Source of the DNA: a virus
Lineage: Duplodnaviria > Caudoviricetes
Direction: 5' to 3' (one strand)
IMG/VR virus record: IMGVR_UViG_3300038673_000987
Coordinates: 1 to 28,130 of that record
Length of the DNA: 28,130 bases
Within the stretch, counting starts at the first letter, position 1. Every line of letters starts with the position of its first letter. This document shows, one piece after another, positions 8,737 to 17,005 of this stretch. The translations under genes and the position numbers were made by a program. The notes under the pieces were generated by a model that saw nothing but the letters and a program-made list of their open reading frames with translations, searched no databases and was not told the origin of the DNA.

Positions 8737-9660
8737 TCAGTTCCGTCCTGTCACCCATGCCCAAAGCTTTGCCGCGCGCATGCTCCGCTCGAATGCAGCC
8801 CAGACAGGCGCATCGTAGCGTGAGCGCAGTTGTGCCACATCCATCTTCATGCTTCCGGGCTCCCAGGAGAACACGTTGCGCTTTGCGCCGGACTTCGGAT
8901 CATGCTCGCCCTTCTCGCGAGGCGAGCGCACATCGAATTTGCCGCCCGGCAATTTTCCCGTCACGCGCCGCCGGTCCGGATCGTTCGGATCAATCAACGC
9001 GATCGGCCCGCGAACCAGCTCGCCGTGTTCCTCCAGGCGGCGGCGTTGCGCGCCCTCCAACACCAACCGATCCTCCGGGTTGCGTCGCGCGTCTGCCGCT
9101 CGAAGCTCATCCACATCCTCCGGCGCAAGCGCCACCACCGTGCAGCGGCAACCCCAATCCCAGGGCGGGTAGTGATCCCGCCAGAATGGCGAGTCCGCCG
9201 GCAACACCAGACCGTTCAGCGCTGCATGCTCCGGGCGCACCGCGCCATCTTCCATCGTTTGATATTGCCAATAAGGGAATGCGTCCACCGACTCTTGCAT
9301 CGCGTTATAGCTCGCCGCCTCATACGCCTGGTAACCGTGCGTGCGAAGCAATAATTCCGCGCGGCGGAACGCGGAAGCGAGCTGCTCCTCCCGATCAGCC
9401 GGATCGTCCGAGTCGGCCAGGTGCGGAGATATGCGCAAGGCCACATCCTTGCGGACCTCATCCCAGTTCGCGCCCGCCGGCAACGCGGCAATGCGATCGC
9501 GGACATCCTGCAGCACCTTCAGATTCTCCACGTGCGCGATCGTGAACGCCCGCGCGCGGATCTCCGGCAACATCGCGTCGAACGTCTTGCGAAGCACCGC
9601 GGGCTTGCCCTTCAAAAAGGCAATCGCTTCCACATGAGGCACTGGCTTCAAATCAATCAT
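8737..9660 (-). CDS. Mu gpF-like minor head protein (307 aa)
   Basis: RAFTIA, PYWQYQTMEDGAVRPEHAALNG, FWRDHYPPWDWGCRCTV motifs. Confidence 0.93.
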   Translation of the reverse strand: MIDLKPVPHVEAIAFLKGKPAVLRKTFDAMLPEIRARAFTIAHVENLKVLQDVRDRIAALPAGANWDEVRKDVALRISPHLADSDDPADREEQLASAFRRAELLLRTHGYQAYEAASYNAMQESVDAFPYWQYQTMEDGAVRPEHAALNGLVLPADSPFWRDHYPPWDWGCRCTVVALAPEDVDELRAADARRNPEDRLVLEGAQRRRLEEHGELVRGPIALIDPNDPDRRRVTGKLPGGKFDVRSPREKGEHDPKSGAKRNVFSWEPGSMKMDVAQLRSRYDAPVWAAFERSMRAAKLWAWVTGRN

Positions 9661-9848
9661 GTCGCTCTCCGCACGGTCGTCATCGTATCACGCTCTGCCA
9701 TTCGGAACAAGGCGCACTTCCCGCCGGGACCGAGCTTAACACCGTCGCGATAAATTGTCGTCCTGGCCTGCCCGGTGCGCCGCAACTGATACGTGCGCAT
9801 TTCGTTCCACGCCGTCTTCACGAAGACGCTCAACACCACATCCGGCAA
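9657..9848 (-). CDS. Small hypothetical protein (63 aa)
   Basis: GGAGGA close to a TTG start; stop overlaps the gpF ATG (ATGA). Confidence 0.4.
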   Translation of the reverse strand: MPDVVLSVFVKTAWNEMRTYQLRRTGQARTTIYRDGVKLGPGGKCALFRMAERDTMTTVRRAT

Positions 9849-9913
9849 GTCCTCCGGATACTCCGGCGCCGCGCGTCAACCATCTTGAAATCGTCAAATG
9901 GGTTCATGGCAAA

Positions 9914-9982
9914 ACAGAACCAACGCCTCCAGCGTACCCATCTGCCGGGGCGGCAGAGGGTCCGCTGAGGCTGTTGTTCGGG
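9914..9982 (+). mobile_element. Complete attC-like site (integron cassette recombination site)
   Basis: ACAGAAC...GTTCGGG ends; paired CCTC(C)AGCG/CGCTGAGG and ACCC(A)TCTGCCG/CGGCAGAGGGT with unpaired bases on the left arm. Confidence 0.72.
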
Positions 9983-10042
9983 GTGACCGCCGCCTGTCCC
10001 TCGCCTAATCGGCTCGGGTGACGCTCAGCTCTGCCGTTCAAC
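9983..10042 (+). mobile_element. Degenerate attC-like site, right arm retained
   Basis: Ends in GCTCAGCTCTGCC-GTTCAAC, resembling L'-spacer-R'; left arm not recognisable. Confidence 0.45.
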
Positions 10043-10043
10043 A

Positions 10044-10289
10044 TCACTCGTCTTTCTTGTTCTTCCATTCGACAATCGCCGCCATGCTTCGTCGAATCCC
10101 AGATGGCCCTGCTCCGATGGCGACGACCGAGATTCCGAGACCGGCAGCTAAAAGGAGCGCGACGATAACCGCCACGATTGCCGCACCGAGAACGGCTACA
10201 AATGCGCTCACTATTACCGTGAGGCACACGCATACAATCGAGAACACACACGCCGCAAGAAATCCGAGAACCGACTAGATAATCTTCAC
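10044..10289 (-). pseudogene. Small hydrophobic membrane protein gene with an in-frame TAG at codon 5
   Basis: GGAGG RBS 6 nt before GTG 10289; GTG AAG ATT ATC TAG, then an open hydrophobic frame to TGA 10044. Confidence 0.5.
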
Positions 10290-10307
10290 TCTTCACCTCC
10301 ATTTTGT

Positions 10308-10357
10308 GTTGAACCAACGCCTCCAGCGTACCCGACGCCCGAAGCGGTCGCGGGTCC
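10308..10357 (+). mobile_element. Truncated attC-like site, left arm and loop retained
   Basis: GTTGAAC start; 23 bp identical to 9917-9939; stem closes to GGGTCC, then is cut by the stop of the next ORF. Confidence 0.6.
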
Positions 10358-10358
10358 A

Positions 10359-10580
10359 TTACAGAATCAGTCGCAGCGGGATCGCCGCCACCTCGGGCGA
10401 CGGGGCCGCGTGTTCCTGAAGCTCTTTCTCGAAATCGGCTGTGTCTTCTTCTTGGGCCACCGCCACACGCGTGACGTAGCAGTGGATCGGGGTTCCAGTG
10501 ATCGTGTGCCCCTCCCATATCCTGGCGGGAACACCGTTCACGTGGACGATCTTGCTTGTGCTTTCGAGCGTCACCTTCAT
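10359..10580 (-). CDS. Phage hypothetical protein (73 aa)
   Basis: GGAG RBS; ATGA overlap with the upstream ORF; protein-like sequence (NGVPARIWEGHT). Confidence 0.75.
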   Translation of the reverse strand: MKVTLESTSKIVHVNGVPARIWEGHTITGTPIHCYVTRVAVAQEEDTADFEKELQEHAAPSPEVAAIPLRLIL

Positions 10581-10717
10581 TGATGCTTCTCCAGGTCATG
10601 CGACCAAACAACCAGAAACGCGCCGATCGCGGCGAGCAGACCGGCGCCGCCAAGGATTAGCGAGAGGCCAAGCAGTCCGACATAGAAACTCTTTTTGTCA
10701 ATATCACCAAAGTCCAT
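10577..10717 (-). CDS. Small membrane protein (46 aa)
   Basis: AAGGAG upstream of ATG 10717; one hydrophobic span; overlaps both neighbours. Confidence 0.55.
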   Translation of the reverse strand: MDFGDIDKKSFYVGLLGLSLILGGAGLLAAIGAFLVVWSHDLEKHQ

Positions 10718-10898
10718 CTGGGTGCTCCTTTTCCAGCACGGTTTTATTCCTTCGGATGTAGTCTGCAACGGGGCACAGCTTGTCGTGCTCTTTGCCGTTC
10801 ACCCACAGCCAGTGTAGGTACGAAGCCGGAACATCCTGCATTTCCTCGCCCTCGTACTTTCCGAACGGCATCGGGTTTGTGTCCCGCAGTTCTTTCAT
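10704..10898 (-). CDS. DUF3820-like / exonuclease X C-terminal-like protein (64 aa)
   Basis: MPFGKYEG...DVPASYLHWL signature. Confidence 0.82.
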   Translation of the reverse strand: MKELRDTNPMPFGKYEGEEMQDVPASYLHWLWVNGKEHDKLCPVADYIRRNKTVLEKEHPDGLW

Positions 10899-11092
10899 CG
10901 CCGCCCGTCCCGAAAGCACACCGCGTCCAGCGCGATGATTTCGCGGCGCTTCCGATTGTCTTTGTTTCGCTTCGCCAATTCATCTCGCGCCGCAAGGCGC
11001 GTTGCCGCATCAGCCTGTCGCGCCGCCGCAGCAAATTCCCGCGTGCAGCAGCGGTATGTCGTCAAAATCCTGAACAGCCGCGCATTCACCAT
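10895..11092 (-). CDS. Small basic hypothetical protein (65 aa)
   Basis: Stop overlaps the next ATG (ATGA); no clear RBS. Confidence 0.35.
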   Translation of the reverse strand: MVNARLFRILTTYRCCTREFAAAARQADAATRLAARDELAKRNKDNRKRREIIALDAVCFRDGRR

Positions 11093-11220
11093 GCGAGGGC
11101 CATTTTTATTTTCGTTTTCTACCCTCCGCGAATCCCTGCAAAAACCCGATCTGCCCGAGCCACGGTCATCGGAGCGGGTCGGAGAGATCGCCGCTTGTAG
11201 GGCATTCTGCGCGTTCCCGG

Positions 11221-11574
11221 TCACGAGTAGGTCCTCCGGTATGCCTTCAGCACGGGACCCTCGCGATCCCACAGCCACGGATCCTCCTCGCAGCGCCGGA
11301 TGTGCGCCTGCCACGAGTCCAGGTCCAGCAGCGCAAGCTTCGGGCTGATGAGGCTCAGCCGGATCAACCCGGCCTCCCAAAGCCGGCGCATGGTCTCCCA
11401 CTTGTTCTCGCAGAACCCGGAAATGCCCAACTGCTCATAACCCTTCCGGTCCAACAGCAGCCAATACTGCCCGGGATATGCCTCCGTCCGCTGAAGAGGG
11501 TCTATGTAGATTCCGGGCGCAACCCGGACAAGGTTCTTCGGACGGTCATCAGATTTTAAGCAGCAATTGGTCAC
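11221..11574 (-). CDS. Hypothetical, possible DNA-binding protein (117 aa)
   Basis: GGAGG RBS before GTG; ETMRRLWEAGLI...ALLDLDSW resembles an excisionase-like HTH. Confidence 0.65.
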   Translation of the reverse strand: MTNCCLKSDDRPKNLVRVAPGIYIDPLQRTEAYPGQYWLLLDRKGYEQLGISGFCENKWETMRRLWEAGLIRLSLISPKLALLDLDSWQAHIRRCEEDPWLWDREGPVLKAYRRTYS

Positions 11575-11863
11575 TCAGCACCTCCCGTTTTTGTTCCTCA
11601 AACTTATGCTTCGCCTCAAAGGCATTCACCGCCTCATAAAAACCTTCGCCGTGCTCGCCGCCGGCTACTCGCGCAAAGCAAAGCTGGCAAAGCTCCGTCA
11701 CACGCGGGCGCACGCTGCACAAATCCCAGCCCATTGCGTCCGCAAGCTTCCGCGTCGTACAGGGCCCATGGCGCAGCAATGCGCCATACACAAGCATCCG
11801 ATCGCCCTGCGCACGCTTGAGCACGTCCTCCCATGTCTCGTTTCGATAATCAACCGGCCTCAC
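11549..11863 (-). CDS. Winged-helix DNA-binding protein (104 aa)
   Basis: HGPCTTRKLADAMGWDLCSVRPRVTEL; GTGA overlap with the upstream stop. Confidence 0.8.
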   Translation of the reverse strand: MRPVDYRNETWEDVLKRAQGDRMLVYGALLRHGPCTTRKLADAMGWDLCSVRPRVTELCQLCFARVAGGEHGEGFYEAVNAFEAKHKFEEQKREVLSDQLLLKI

Positions 11864-12354
11864 CTGCGGCCGCCTTTCTTCCGCGCCCGATTGCGCAGGG
11901 TGAAATAGAGGCTCCATGTCTGCTTCTCAGTCGCGTCGCGCATGTCGCAGCCGAACTGCCGCCGGCAGATCGAACCCACATACGCCTCCACGTTCCCGAT
12001 CGCGTCGCGCGCGTTCGCCATTTCCGCGCGGAGCTTCTGCCGTGCCACCGCAAGCCCGCTGCACCCGACCCGCAGATCCCACTCCCGCGCCTGCTCCACG
12101 CGCCCGAGGATACGCAGGAAGTGCGCGACGAGCCGCGGATAGTCCGCCTGCGTGCATGCGCGGAGTTGTCCACGCCCGCACGCCTTGAAGATTTCCTCGT
12201 AGCGCCACGTGTCCAGGTCCTCGCCGGTCAGCCCGTCAGCCATGCGCTTCCGGTGCGCCGGCACAATCAGCCGCGCCATCATCGTGCGCCGTTGCTCGCT
12301 GTTCAGCGGCGCTTGCGCGGAGCCGTGCATCGCTTTGTCAATCGCTGTCGTCAT
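11860..12354 (-). CDS. GemA/gp16 (DUF1018)-like protein (164 aa)
   Basis: CGRGQLRACTQADYPRLVAHF and YVGSICRRQFG patterns; position after gam. Confidence 0.55.
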   Translation of the reverse strand: MTTAIDKAMHGSAQAPLNSEQRRTMMARLIVPAHRKRMADGLTGEDLDTWRYEEIFKACGRGQLRACTQADYPRLVAHFLRILGRVEQAREWDLRVGCSGLAVARQKLRAEMANARDAIGNVEAYVGSICRRQFGCDMRDATEKQTWSLYFTLRNRARKKGGRR

Positions 12355-12466
12355 GCTCCACTCCGTTCCACACGCAAAACGCAATCACGAGAACAACCAC
12401 GCAGAAGGTCTGCGCGAATCCGATCCACGCGAAGACGTTCCACACCCATTCAGGACATCCGTTCAT
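12338..12466 (-). CDS. Small membrane peptide (42 aa)
   Basis: ATGA overlap with the upstream ORF; one hydrophobic span. Confidence 0.45.
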   Translation of the reverse strand: MNGCPEWVWNVFAWIGFAQTFCVVVLVIAFCVWNGVEHDDSD

Positions 12467-12660
12467 TCCGACACCCGCTTCATCGGAAGTTCCACCTGCA
12501 GCCGATAGGTCACGTTGCGATCCGCCGCGCGGCCCGCGCCCCAACGGCCAAGCAGCAGGCCGCAAAACAAAACGGCCACCAGGAGAGCCGCGATCGCAAG
12601 CGCGCGCCATCGCGTCAACTCGTGCTCAAGGTCAATAATCGTCAGGTTCTGCATGCTCAA
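12463..12660 (-). CDS. Small membrane protein (65 aa)
   Basis: GGAGG RBS; overlaps the gam stop; one TM helix. Confidence 0.6.
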   Translation of the reverse strand: MSMQNLTIIDLEHELTRWRALAIAALLVAVLFCGLLLGRWGAGRAADRNVTYRLQVELPMKRVSE

Positions 12661-13166
12661 CCTCCCGTCTTCAACGTTTCCTTGTCCACCTCCAGGAAGC
12701 AGCGTTCGGTCTGCGTCACCTTCAACCCCAGCATGCGAAGGTTCTCCTCACCCAACTCGTCGCGCGCCGCCAGAAGCGATTGCTTGTCCACCTCTTCCGT
12801 CCGGCGCACATACATCGGCAAGCTCTCGCGCAGGATGCTCAACACCGTCTCCCACGTAACGCCTTTCATCGGCTTCAACACCGGCTGCCCGGTGCGGAAC
12901 CCAATCGTCCCATGCACAAACGCCACGCTCTTTGCGGTGGCGAACTCCTCCGGATGCGCCTTCGCCCAGGCCAAGGCAATCTCCTCCAGCGCGTCATAGC
13001 CTGCTTTCAGCGATTCGGTCTCCGCCTCGAACGGTGCTTTCGCCAGTGCAATCGCTTCGTTCATTCGCGCCACCACTTCGTCCAGCCGCGCGCTCGCCAG
13101 GCATGCCTCGCGCACCACGTGCTCCACTTCCGCCTTCGTCTCCAACGGTTTCATTTTCTTCACCAT
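12657..13166 (-). CDS. gam: Mu Gam-like host-nuclease inhibitor
   Basis: N-terminal coiled coil, KSVAFVHGTIGFRTGQP, YVRRTEEVDKQSLL; GAGGAG RBS before ATG 13166 (alternative start 13184). Confidence 0.9.
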   Translation of the reverse strand: MVKKMKPLETKAEVEHVVREACLASARLDEVVARMNEAIALAKAPFEAETESLKAGYDALEEIALAWAKAHPEEFATAKSVAFVHGTIGFRTGQPVLKPMKGVTWETVLSILRESLPMYVRRTEEVDKQSLLAARDELGEENLRMLGLKVTQTERCFLEVDKETLKTGG

Positions 13167-13180
13167 GATCGTCTCCTCTC

Positions 13181-14188
13181 TCATCGCATCTCTTGCTTGC
13201 TGTCGCCCCGTTCCGGAAACAACTGCCGCACCGCCCCTTCAAGCAGATACGCCGATACCTCCGCCCCGTCTTCGTCCGCATTGTCCGCCGCCAACTCCAC
13301 CGCGTCCGCCAAGGCGCGCAGATTCCCTCCGCGCCGCAACGGATCCACGATCCGCTCCGCCAGCTTCTGGCAAACCACGCCCTTCAGCGGGGTGGATGCC
13401 GCGATAAACGCCGCAATGTCCACCGGCTGCAAGCCGTCCCGCCACTCGGTGCGAATCGGCTTGATGGAGCGCCCGAACAACTGCTGCGCCTCGCTCATCG
13501 CGTCGCTGGAGGCATGGATCAAGCGACTGTAGCCGGTCGGGTAGGAGCCAAGGATTAATCGGCTGCGGCTTTCGTCTATGATGCACTTCAACAGCTTCAG
13601 CATCATCACGCCACCCTCGTGAACGTCGTCCACCAGGAGCGTCAGCGGAGAGCCCTTCAGGTGCTTCAGAACCTCCTCGAACGTCGCCGCGCCGCCCGTC
13701 TTCTCCGGCGTACCGACCGCCGTCGCCAACGCGCACGCAATCCGCGCCAGACTGTCTTTCATCCCCGGCACGATGTGCAGATAGACGGACTCATCCTTGT
13801 GGTCCGCCGCCAGCTTCGTCATCGTCCAGGTCTTCCCGCAGCCGGTCGGCGCAATCAGCCACGCGCACCGACGATCATTCCGCTGCCCGCCCAGCAAGTT
13901 GAACACCGTCACCCCATACGCATAGATCGGCAACGCGTCGAAAAACTCCTGCGAAGTCGCGCCCACCTCGATTTCCGTCACAAACGCCGTAAGCTTCTTC
14001 TCCCACTTATCAATCGCCTTCCCAATCTCTGGCCAGTTCCGCGCGCGCAACCGATGCGTCCACGACTTCGGGCTGCCCAGGTATCTCCGCCAATGGTTGG
14101 CAAACCGTTCGTCGCCCCATCGCATCGCCGCCTGGAATTGCTCCACGCGCGTAATAAGCTCATTGACTCTCTGCTGCTTCTCTGTCAT
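13181..14188 (-). CDS. MuB-like AAA+ transposition ATPase (335 aa)
   Basis: Walker A APTGCGKT, Walker B LLVDD, QLFGR, GGNLR; GAGGAG RBS; directly downstream of the transposase. Confidence 0.9.
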   Translation of the reverse strand: MTEKQQRVNELITRVEQFQAAMRWGDERFANHWRRYLGSPKSWTHRLRARNWPEIGKAIDKWEKKLTAFVTEIEVGATSQEFFDALPIYAYGVTVFNLLGGQRNDRRCAWLIAPTGCGKTWTMTKLAADHKDESVYLHIVPGMKDSLARIACALATAVGTPEKTGGAATFEEVLKHLKGSPLTLLVDDVHEGGVMMLKLLKCIIDESRSRLILGSYPTGYSRLIHASSDAMSEAQQLFGRSIKPIRTEWRDGLQPVDIAAFIAASTPLKGVVCQKLAERIVDPLRRGGNLRALADAVELAADNADEDGAEVSAYLLEGAVRQLFPERGDSKQEMR

Positions 14189-14219
14189 CCTCATCTCCTC
14201 TTCGTTGGTTTGTCGTACC

Positions 14220-14252
14220 CGGCCCCGGTTCACGTACCGGGGCCGATTTTTT
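14220..14252 (+). terminator. Intrinsic terminator-like hairpin between A and B, U-tract on the + strand
   Basis: CGGCCCCGGT-tcacgt-ACCGGGGCCG followed by ATTTTTT. Confidence 0.65.
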
Positions 14253-14256
14253 GCCC

Positions 14257-15915
14257 TCACTTCTCCATCGCCATTTCCCACACATTCCGCAGCCTTGGCA
14301 GCCGCGTACGGCATTCCACATCAGAACCGGCGGCGGGCGCGGCAGGAGAACTGCTGCGCGGCAAGGAACACGCAGCCGGCGATCCACACGCCGCAACCGC
14401 CCCGCCGCCGGAAACATTCGTCGAAACTTCAACCGCATCGCGCCGCCCTTCGCCGCGCGCCTCGGATGTGGAAGCTGTAACCTTCCCGCCGAACCCGATC
14501 GCCCGATACTCGCGCCGGATCGCCGCATGGATGCGCTTGCGCTGCTCGATCGCCCGCGCCGTCGCATCCGCGTTCACTTCCACCTTCAGCCCGTCCAGCG
14601 CAGCCAACACCTCCGGCGCATCGTCCAGGCAAAGCGCGCACGTCGTGATTGTGTGGCCCGGGTGATAGCCGTGGTGCTCCTGGTCGAGCACAATCGCCGC
14701 GCGAAGCGGCGCGTCGTAAGGATCGAAGTACACCACCACCTTCGCGCCCTCGAACTCCCACATCGTGTCGTCCGCGAAGTGATACGGGAACGAACCGCCG
14801 AACGGACTCGGGCACTTCACATGCACCATGTTGCGGCGTATCTGCCGCCGCTCCATCACCGGCGCCGCGAGATAGCCAAGCGAGGGGTCCAACTTGCGGC
14901 GCGGGTTCTCGCGCAGGTGCTCCTCGTGCATCTGCTGCGGTATCCACCGGCCGTACTTCGGGCTCTCGACCTGCTCGGCGTTGAGATAGCCGATCGCGAA
15001 GTCCATATCCTTCAGCGCCTGGTCGAGCATAGGGAACGATTCGCGCGGATCCGCGCGGCCATTCCGGCACCGGATATAGAGCTTGCTCTCCCGCTCCATC
15101 TCGCCGCGGAACCGCCCGACCTGGCCGTCGAGGAGCGACAGCGGCGTCCACAACCGGTTGAACCAACTCTCGATCAGCTTCGAGTGCGGCCGCCCGGTCG
15201 CGTCCTCGATCCCGATGCCGGCGGCCTCGTAATACGCCATCGCCCGCTTCGACTGCCACACCCCGCCTTCCAACATGTAAAAGTCCGGCGCATACACATC
15301 CCGCCCCAGCCGGTACTGGGCCGCAACCGTATCCTCCGAGCGGTAGCTCTGCTGCTCGCGGATCACGTAGGAATAGCCTGGGCAGAAGTCCGACGCATCG
15401 TCTATGCACGCAAGAAGCTGGAAGCGCCCCAGCTTCACGCCATATTTATCCGAGCAACGGCACCCGCCCCACGGCCACGGCACGCACACCCCAAAATTGA
15501 TCGTCGCATCGTCCCAGCTCTGCCGCTCGCCGGGGCGGAGCCTGCGCACCGTCTCGCCGTCGTTCACCATGCGCAGGCTGCCCGGAATGTAGAAGCCCGA
15601 GAGGCGCGCGTCGCGCGGGTTGCGGTGGTGGCGGATGATGTCAACAGGCACGTGCATTTGATCCCTCACACATTTCGGCAACGCCTTAGACGCCCGCGGC
15701 TTCAAAATCGCCTCCGCCGTTTCGTCGCTCAACTCGCCCGCCCGCGCAAGCAGCCGCGCCGCAAAAACCTTCGAACCACGATCCCTCCGCGCGTTCGTCT
15801 TCACATACACCGCGCGCAGCTTCTTCAAATCCTCCGCGGTCGGCTCGCATTGCGCGGGCCGGCCACGGCGTTGCCGCGCTTGGGCTGGCTTTTCGGTTGG
15901 GATTACTTCGTCCAT
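14257..15915 (-). CDS. MuA-like DDE transposase (552 aa)
   Basis: RNase H-type core: SWDDATIN, LACIDDAS, YMLEGG, PHSKLIESWFN; C-terminal beta domain (VVVYFDP); adjacent to the B ATPase. Confidence 0.88.
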   Translation of the reverse strand: MDEVIPTEKPAQARQRRGRPAQCEPTAEDLKKLRAVYVKTNARRDRGSKVFAARLLARAGELSDETAEAILKPRASKALPKCVRDQMHVPVDIIRHHRNPRDARLSGFYIPGSLRMVNDGETVRRLRPGERQSWDDATINFGVCVPWPWGGCRCSDKYGVKLGRFQLLACIDDASDFCPGYSYVIREQQSYRSEDTVAAQYRLGRDVYAPDFYMLEGGVWQSKRAMAYYEAAGIGIEDATGRPHSKLIESWFNRLWTPLSLLDGQVGRFRGEMERESKLYIRCRNGRADPRESFPMLDQALKDMDFAIGYLNAEQVESPKYGRWIPQQMHEEHLRENPRRKLDPSLGYLAAPVMERRQIRRNMVHVKCPSPFGGSFPYHFADDTMWEFEGAKVVVYFDPYDAPLRAAIVLDQEHHGYHPGHTITTCALCLDDAPEVLAALDGLKVEVNADATARAIEQRKRIHAAIRREYRAIGFGGKVTASTSEARGEGRRDAVEVSTNVSGGGAVAACGSPAACSLPRSSSPAAPAAGSDVECRTRLPRLRNVWEMAMEK

Positions 15916-16589
15916 GTCTGCGGGAGTTTGATCGTGCCCCATAGTGTCTCGATCTCTGCGCGCTCGTCAGGGGCAAGCTTCGACCAGTAGCGCAGGCTGT
16001 TCTGCAGCTTCGTCACCGCAGCCTTCAGGTTTCGGTAGTGGTCCACGTCCGCCCGGTCGCGGACCCCGTTTCTGCCCACGCGCGAGCCCTCTCCTACGAC
16101 GCCCGCGAACGCCCTGCCGGCATGCGCGCCGAGAATGACATCCTTCAGCGCGGCGCGTGCCCGCTCGCGGATGTCAGCCGTGCCTTTCACCTGGCGAAGC
16201 TCGCCGGATGAGTGGTAAGAGATCGTCTTGCCGCTCTCCAGCATCGCCAGCCGATACGTGTCCACACCACGATCAATCGCCCTCAACGCCGACTGCGGCG
16301 TCATCCCAAGCTCGTGGCGGACCGTCTCTTGCCATCCCATCTCTGATGGGGTCCGCCGTCCGCGTGCGGACGGCGGGGAAACATTGGCGTTTTCGCGTGT
16401 ATTTCCGCGCAGCAAGTTCGCCTCAGGATCCCGGAAATACCGCTCCCTCAACGCCTGCAGCTCGCGGCCGAACTCAACGATCTTCTCCCATCCGCCCATC
16501 TCCTCCAGTATCTTCCGCGCCCGTTCCCAGGACGGCTCGTGGTCCTTTACGGGCGGCAGAACTTCGGGGTGCAGCACGGCATTGCTCAT
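15903..16589 (-). CDS. Early protein, DUF3102-like (228 aa)
   Basis: AAGGAGG RBS; FGRELQALRE and WQETVRHELGMTPQSALRAI patterns; stop overlaps the transposase start region. Confidence 0.6.
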   Translation of the reverse strand: MSNAVLHPEVLPPVKDHEPSWERARKILEEMGGWEKIVEFGRELQALRERYFRDPEANLLRGNTRENANVSPPSARGRRTPSEMGWQETVRHELGMTPQSALRAIDRGVDTYRLAMLESGKTISYHSSGELRQVKGTADIRERARAALKDVILGAHAGRAFAGVVGEGSRVGRNGVRDRADVDHYRNLKAAVTKLQNSLRYWSKLAPDERAEIETLWGTIKLPQTWTK

Positions 16590-17005
16590 GATTCCTCCTT
16601 GTGTATTCCCTTGAAATGCTTGCGGAGCCATCGTTCTATTCGCGGGCTCTTGCGCTCTCCGGTGATCACCCGGTAAAGATGATGGCGGGTAACTCCCAAT
16701 GTGGCGGCGGCTTGTCCTATACCGTGATGCCGCACCGGGCGTATCTTCTTTCCTTTTGTTGGAACGGCAATTATCATGTCCACAGATGACTGATCCGATT
16801 TCACAGGCTGAGCTTGCACGAGAGAAGGAGGTGTCTCTCCTGAAGGGGCAGGTTCACGGCTTGGAGAGAGCAATGGACGACGCTCTGGCGCGTATCCGAG
16901 AGATCTAAGCATTCCTTCGATCTCTCCAAGCGACCTCACAACGCCAAGCAGACATCCCTCCAGAGCGCCAACCCTCGCCGCAAGCTCCTTGATTTCAGCG
17001 CTCAC
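16586..17005 (-). CDS. Protein with C-terminal Ner/Cro-like HTH (139 aa)
   Basis: GGAGG RBS, GTGA overlap; GIGQAAATLGVTRHHLYRVITGERKSPRIE. Confidence 0.7.
   Translation of the reverse strand: MSAEIKELAARVGALEGCLLGVVRSLGEIEGMLRSLGYAPERRPLLSPSREPAPSGETPPSLVQAQPVKSDQSSVDMIIAVPTKGKKIRPVRHHGIGQAAATLGVTRHHLYRVITGERKSPRIERWLRKHFKGIHKEES

Noticed and set aside
10275-10277. Genome-wide TAG recoding
   Set aside because: Single case; core genes are intact in the standard code and TAG terminates other ORFs
9917-10333. 23-bp direct repeat as a CRISPR array or attL/attR pair
   Set aside because: Only two copies, 394 bp apart, each forming the left arm of a hairpin; an attC-like site explains it better, and no cas or integrase gene is seen
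9904-10653. 249-aa ORF across the cassette region
   Set aside because: Overlaps better-supported small genes in other frames, and its composition is not protein-like
14251-15990. Long + strand ORFs opposite real genes (579 aa here; also 6219-7307, 8496-9545, 11833-12999, 13619-14665)
   Set aside because: Arg/Pro/His-rich shadow frames typical of high-GC DNA, with no recognisable motifs
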